Position numbers and translations under genes: made by a program. A stretch of 64,000 nt of DNA from contig VJWM01000172.1 of the NCBI GenBank assembly GCA_010909165.1, positions 310,001 to 374,000 of the forward strand. Reading direction: 5' to 3'. Within the stretch, counting starts at the first letter, position 1. The number at the start of each line of letters is the position of its first letter. Source of the stretch: Anthoceros angustus. Lineage: Eukaryota; Plantae; Anthocerotophyta. Below the pieces are notes generated by a model. It was not told the origin of the DNA, made no database searches, and saw nothing but the letters and a program-made list of their open reading frames with translations. Positions 59,184 to 64,000 of the stretch are shown here, one piece after another.

Positions 59184-62100
59184 TGTGAAATGCAAAACTT
59201 TGGGCCATTCATTTTTTTGGTTGGAGTTGACAAAACTTGGATCAAGACGAACTAAAAGTGCCAAAGGAATTGCTGGGTATTTCTTGGTGGAAGCTCGACT
59301 CAAGTGAGTGCAAGAAGAGATCACCAGGGTGTGCATCACGACGGCGGAATTTGCGTGCTGCAAGTGAACGTGAAGGGAGGCCGTGTGATGACCGCGAGGA
59401 GACATGGATAGCAAGGAGGGTTGGTACGAGATGTTGTGGAGGCGTGAGAAGTTCACCGAGGATAAGTTCATTTTATTCTTGATGAGTGTTATGCACAAGC
59501 CAATTGGGTGTGTTGGACAATGGAATGTAAGAACCCAGTTAAGCGTCCTAGGGGTGGATCAAGACCGGATGGGGCACCTTTGTGTGGGTGTTTCAGCTTG
59601 TTATATTTTGGTCACATGAGAGCTAATTGGGAGAGGGTTTGAGTGGTGCACCCTACGCCAAGGAGGTGTAGGGTGGTAGTGGACGATGGCACTCCCACCG
59701 TAGGGGGGAGGTGCATCCTACAAGGGTAGATGTAGGGTGATAGTTGGCGTGGGGTGTCAAAAGCTAACCCTACAGAGTAGGCGAGGGTGACAAAGGTGAC
59801 CCTACATAGAGGCGGTGACAAAGGTGACCCACATAGATAGGTCATGGTCCCCACGTAGTATGTAGGTAGGGTAGCACCTTGTAGGTAGGGTGACGGTGAC
59901 CCACATAGGATAGGTAGGCGTCCATGGGGGACAGAGATGCAAGTAGTATGAAGGGGAGGGTGAAGTAGGTGTAGGGTGACCAAGGTGACCCTACATAGTA
60001 GACGAGGGTGACACTCCCCGGATAGGTAGGTAGGATGAGAGTGTAGGTAGGATGAGAGTGTCATGAGTGGTGAGGTCTCCCACGTAAGCAAGGCGGGGCG
60101 CGACACCCTACTTGGATACTTGGGAAGCAAGTCAGACAGGCGTGTTTCAACCTAGGAAGTTGTTAAAAAGGAAGTTGTTAAAAAGGAAGTTGTTAAAAAG
60201 GAAGTTGTTAAAAAGGGTAGATGTAGGGTAGTATGTAGGGTGTTTATAACAAGTAGGGCTACTAAATCGAGGACGGTGGAAAATAGTGCCACCGGCAAGG
60301 AATCAACGGCCTATATCAAGAGTTTTGCCACAACCAAAGGGCCATGCAAGCGGGTGTGTAGGGAGTGGCACCTAGGAAGTCCGTGAGGAATCGAGGAAGA
60401 GCTTGGGCATGCAGGAAAGCTAGAGCAAGGACTTGGTGGGAACGCGGTGCCGGTGTGTGCAAGGAGAAGGAGGTGTGGGTAAGGGGTTGTGTGTGAAGGG
60501 ATTTGAAGCACGATCGTGAAGAGAGCAAGGGCGCTGATTTTTGTGTGTGTGCCAACCTTGCAAGTGAGGGATTTGGGCGAGAAGGAGGTGTATGTTGTGA
60601 GGACACCAAGTTTGAGCTAGGTGGGACCGTGGAGTGAAGAGGAAGTAAGTGGAGAAGGGCCAAGTTGCTCACTTGGTGGATCTTGTGTGGCGAGTGAAGA
60701 AATCTCACAATTGTGTGTAGGCACCGAGGTGACAACTAGGTGGAAACGAGCACGCGTGCCCAAGCTTGTATTGTGTGTAGTTATTTTGAAGGTGCAAGAT
60801 GGTGAAAGCGCCGCACCTAAGAAGGGCAAATTGGTTGCTAGGGAGAAGAGGCATGAATTTAATTGCTTCCCCGCATGTGGAGGCTAGGCACTTGGTAGCA
60901 TTCGCATGGCCGGAGAACCCAACGCAATTGCAATGGGTGTATGGCCGCCATCGGGCCTATGTCAACTTGGAGATGATAGAGGAGTGCTTCATAACTTCAC
61001 TATGCCACGGCAGAACTGGAGGACTGGAAAATAGGGATGCAAGGATCGATCTGTGGTGCCGGACAGCCCAACACATCCGATGTATATGGAAGACCAAATG
61101 AGGAGGCCTGTGAGGGATTGCGATTATGGAGCTTGAAAGGAAGGTTGAGGAGAAGGGGAAGAGAAAAGGAGAATCAAGTGTCATGAGCTACTTGAGAAAG
61201 CTATGGACATGTTACAACGCATAAGTCTAGGAGAAAGGTGGTTGGTGCAATCAAGAACTCAAGGAAGAGAAATGGAGAACATTTGCTAAGATTCTCCTTG
61301 ATTGGTGAGTGCGCAACGGAAGACATATCTTAGTGATGCGCAGCTATATTTCATCCGGAGGTTGTCTAGGGGCTACCCCATTGGGGAATGGTAATGTATG
61401 ATGTTTATACCGCACATGGAAGGTTGCTTATACCCAATGCGAGGAATCCAAGAGCACGAGAAATACATACCTCTCCACCTGATTCATATTTATGAGCTCC
61501 AAGGATTATTGAAGCCAGTGAATTGGAATTTTCCAAGATGGACTTCCAAGTGGTATCATTGGATGGAGTCCCTAAGCCCGTGAGAGAAGTCCCCAACAAG
61601 AGACGGGAAGAAGAGGAAAGCAATGGAGGAGCCTACTACTGTCCCACGCAGTGAAGGAGGAGAAGAAGTTCATTCAAGAGCATCGGGAAGAAGGTGGTAG
61701 GAAGCGGTGAGTTGGATCCACTCCCTGGCGGTGGAGAGCGAAGAAGCCTCGTGAGAGAGTCAAGGCGGCTTCCATTGCGGAGGAAGCCGCAAGAAGAGCC
61801 GGTATGGGAGGAAGAGAAGGAGAAACCAGCCCAGGAACTTGGGCAAGTAGGAAGGGCCGCATAACCCATGGGGCTGCCAGAGGCCCACCGCTGCCCTACC
61901 AGGGGCAGCATCGATGACGGTAGGGTGAGGCACCCCATCAGAGGAAGTGAGCGAGGGTCGAGTCCCCACGACGGTGTGGCACCCGAGGTAGTGAGGGGGT
62001 GCAAGTGTCCCTACCTATAGGCGAGGGGCTTCTAGTGGAGTGGCAGTACATAGGCCTATGGATAGGCCTATGGAGGGGCCCATGAAGGAGGCGCTCACAT

Positions 62101-64000
62101 GAGCCAGAATGGAGCTAGGGGTGACATGGTTTTGAATTGAACGACCCATGGATGTCTCAAACATCCGTGGCGACTTGGACACTTTGGGAGAGGTGTGGCG
62201 ATGTGTGGGATAGCAAGGAACTTGGATGAGAGGAGGCTTGCCCATGTTGTAGCTACCTCCTAAGTGGGGCTACCTCATAAATCCGGAAGGAGTAGAACTA
62301 GGTACCTTTAGGGTGTTCCAAGAGGGAACGTGGATACAAGAATTAAGGGCAGCTCAAACTAGGATTTTAGAGCTAGAGTCAAGTGTAGGTAGGCTTACGA
62401 AAGAGAAAGGCGACTTACATGGGAGCTTGAGGGAGTCGTTGAGGCATCAAGAGATGGTGCAAGAGTTGGATGGCATTATGGTGACACGCGCTAAGGAGAA
62501 GGAAGGATGGGTCTTGGAGAAGAGAGGGATGAGAGAACAAGTCCAACAATTGGTGTGCCATGGCGATGGCCAAGAAGGATGTAAAGGAGGTCCAGAGCCT
62601 TCGGAGACTAAGGATGAGTTATTAAATGGCAAGGACCTCGAGGTAGGAGAATTGAGAAGGAGAAGGAGACCCTACAAGAGTCATGGGACTCCCTCCAAGC
62701 GGAGTTAGAAGAAGCCAAGGGGCTGTGAGAGAAGCTAATCGTAGGGCCTCGCAAGAGGAAGAGAGTCGCAAGAAAGCCGAGGACATGGTACGCCGCTTGG
62801 TTGTGCGAAGAGAAGGTTCAGAGCCGATCATACCTTGCAAAAGAGGATGTTGAGGCGCCCCACGATGCGGAGGAGAAGTATCATGCTATGTCCATACAAG
62901 TGGGGCAGTTGGCTGTGGAAAGGGAGGCTTTGCAAGAGAAGTGTGGGACGGGCGAGTGGCCTGCAGACTTGGAAGATTTGAAGAGCAAATATCGCAACCT
63001 ACACGTTAATTCGGCCAATAGACTGGCTAGAATCAAGGCTGATCTGGGTAGAGCTTTGAGGGAGAGGTTGGCACCCCCCCACAGTGATGATAGAAGGATA
63101 CTAGAAGCAGAAGGTTTGAAGGCTGCGGACCTTGTGACCCAAGCGAGACGGTGGAGCCGATGAGTCGAATGGGAAGAAATGAATGAGCAAGTCAGGAGAT
63201 GACTGGAGGAGGAAGAGGAAGGCATGGAGCAAGATCCGCTCACGGGAGACCTTCTGCAGTGGAGAGCGTGGAGGCGGTAGGGCCATAAGAAGTGACCCTA
63301 CGTCCGTAGGAGGTGTAGAGGGTGGCCCTACATCCGTAGGATCACCCGGCGGTGCGACGGCATCTAGAGGTAATTGAAGAGGGTGGTGGTAGCTTGGAGC
63401 GTGGGCTCATTGCTTAGGGGAAGACTTTTCTTTAGGGGAGGACAGGCATTAATGCTTGTCAACCCAGTAGGGTGTGTTGACTAGCTGGATAGGAATGTTG
63501 ACAGGAGCCATTAAGGCTCACATAGGTAGAATTTGCTAGAATAGAATTTCACCCAAGATGCTTGGATGTCAGAACTTAAAATCTGACAGTAGGATACACT
63601 AAAATAAGGAGTGAGGCGGAGGGCGCGCTGTGGGAGGTCAGATGTGAGGACCTCCTACAAAAGGAGGGAGCTTGTGAAGTAAAATTATCGTGTCTTGCGC
63701 CTCCCTACCTCGTGAGTCCTTTGCTCCTTGTGAAGGAAGTTCGTGCCGCAAGCCAACGAAGGCCCGGTAGAGAGGGAGTTTGCGACCGGAGTGCTTGGCG
63801 GAGGGCGCCCCCAGTGTCTCTGCGAGTTGCTCCCTTGTGAATGGTTGCCGTGTGAATTGCTTTGCTTTGAGTGTGTGGCGATGCTCAAGGAACTCGGCTT
63901 GAGGGTAGACTGCAGGAAAGACTCGGAGGTTCTCGCCGTCCGTGTGAACTACACAACCGCCCAAGGAAAACTTGTTGATTCAGACGGACCCTGTGCGCCA
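59184..64000 (+). repeat. 3' LTR (truncated by window)
   Basis: Collinear with 46366-~51625. Confidence 0.85.
60799..63163 (+). CDS. Same accessory ORF(s) in the 3' LTR
   Basis: ORF pieces 60799.., 61398.., 62313..62708 and 62801..63163 match the 5' copy. Confidence 0.7.

Larger units (their letters stand above)
46366..64000 (+). mobile_element. Athila-like (non-chromoviral) Ty3/gypsy element with ~5.8-kb LTRs; 3' LTR runs past the window
   Basis: LTR-PBS(Asp)-gag-PR-RT-RH-INT-PPT-LTR. Sequence from 59184 repeats 46366 onward up to the window end. Confidence 0.85.

Noticed and set aside
46366-64000. Tandem dimer of ordinary elements sharing a 0.92-kb middle LTR (51262-52180)
   Set aside because: It needs the first copy to be truncated by chance at exactly the TG after the post-integrase PPT, and two relatives show the same boundary. 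Not fully excluded until the TSD is seen.
1-64000. Prokaryotic or viral operon-type system, rRNA, tRNA or telomere arrays
   Set aside because: Genes have spliceosomal introns. The only tRNA-complementary sequences are PBSs, and there are no TTTAGGG arrays.

Overview
Eukaryotic land-plant nuclear DNA. The GT-AG introns of about 80-125 bp and the TE types suggest a bryophyte-grade plant such as a hornwort or liverwort; this is inference. A compact island of three intact spliced genes (about 20.3-26.0 kb: FKBP53-like NPL-FKBP histone chaperone, a conserved uncharacterised plant protein, and an annexin) lies among nested transposons. To its left are a >=3.5-kb duplicated mosaic unit (VNWA-motif ORF, kinase pseudogene, 80-bp tandem repeat), scrambled RNI-like LRR gene fragments, and a young full-length Ty1/copia element (13317-19507, TSD CACTC). 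To its right are a split DUF7869/Sola-like transposase, a CACTA element, and several members of an Athila-like (non-chromoviral) Ty3/gypsy family. The main observation is that the intact gypsy element appears to have giant LTRs of about 5.8 kb (46366-52180 and 59184 to beyond the window). These LTRs contain a protein-coding accessory ORF and an inner, older-looking 0.92-kb LTR with its own PPT. Two divergent relatives in the window share the same LTR start motif. Most frameshifts inside TEs fall at CAG/CTG sites, which points to nanopore miscalls at methylated CHG rather than real decay, so TE ORF disruption should be treated cautiously. No rRNA, tRNA or CRISPR was found.
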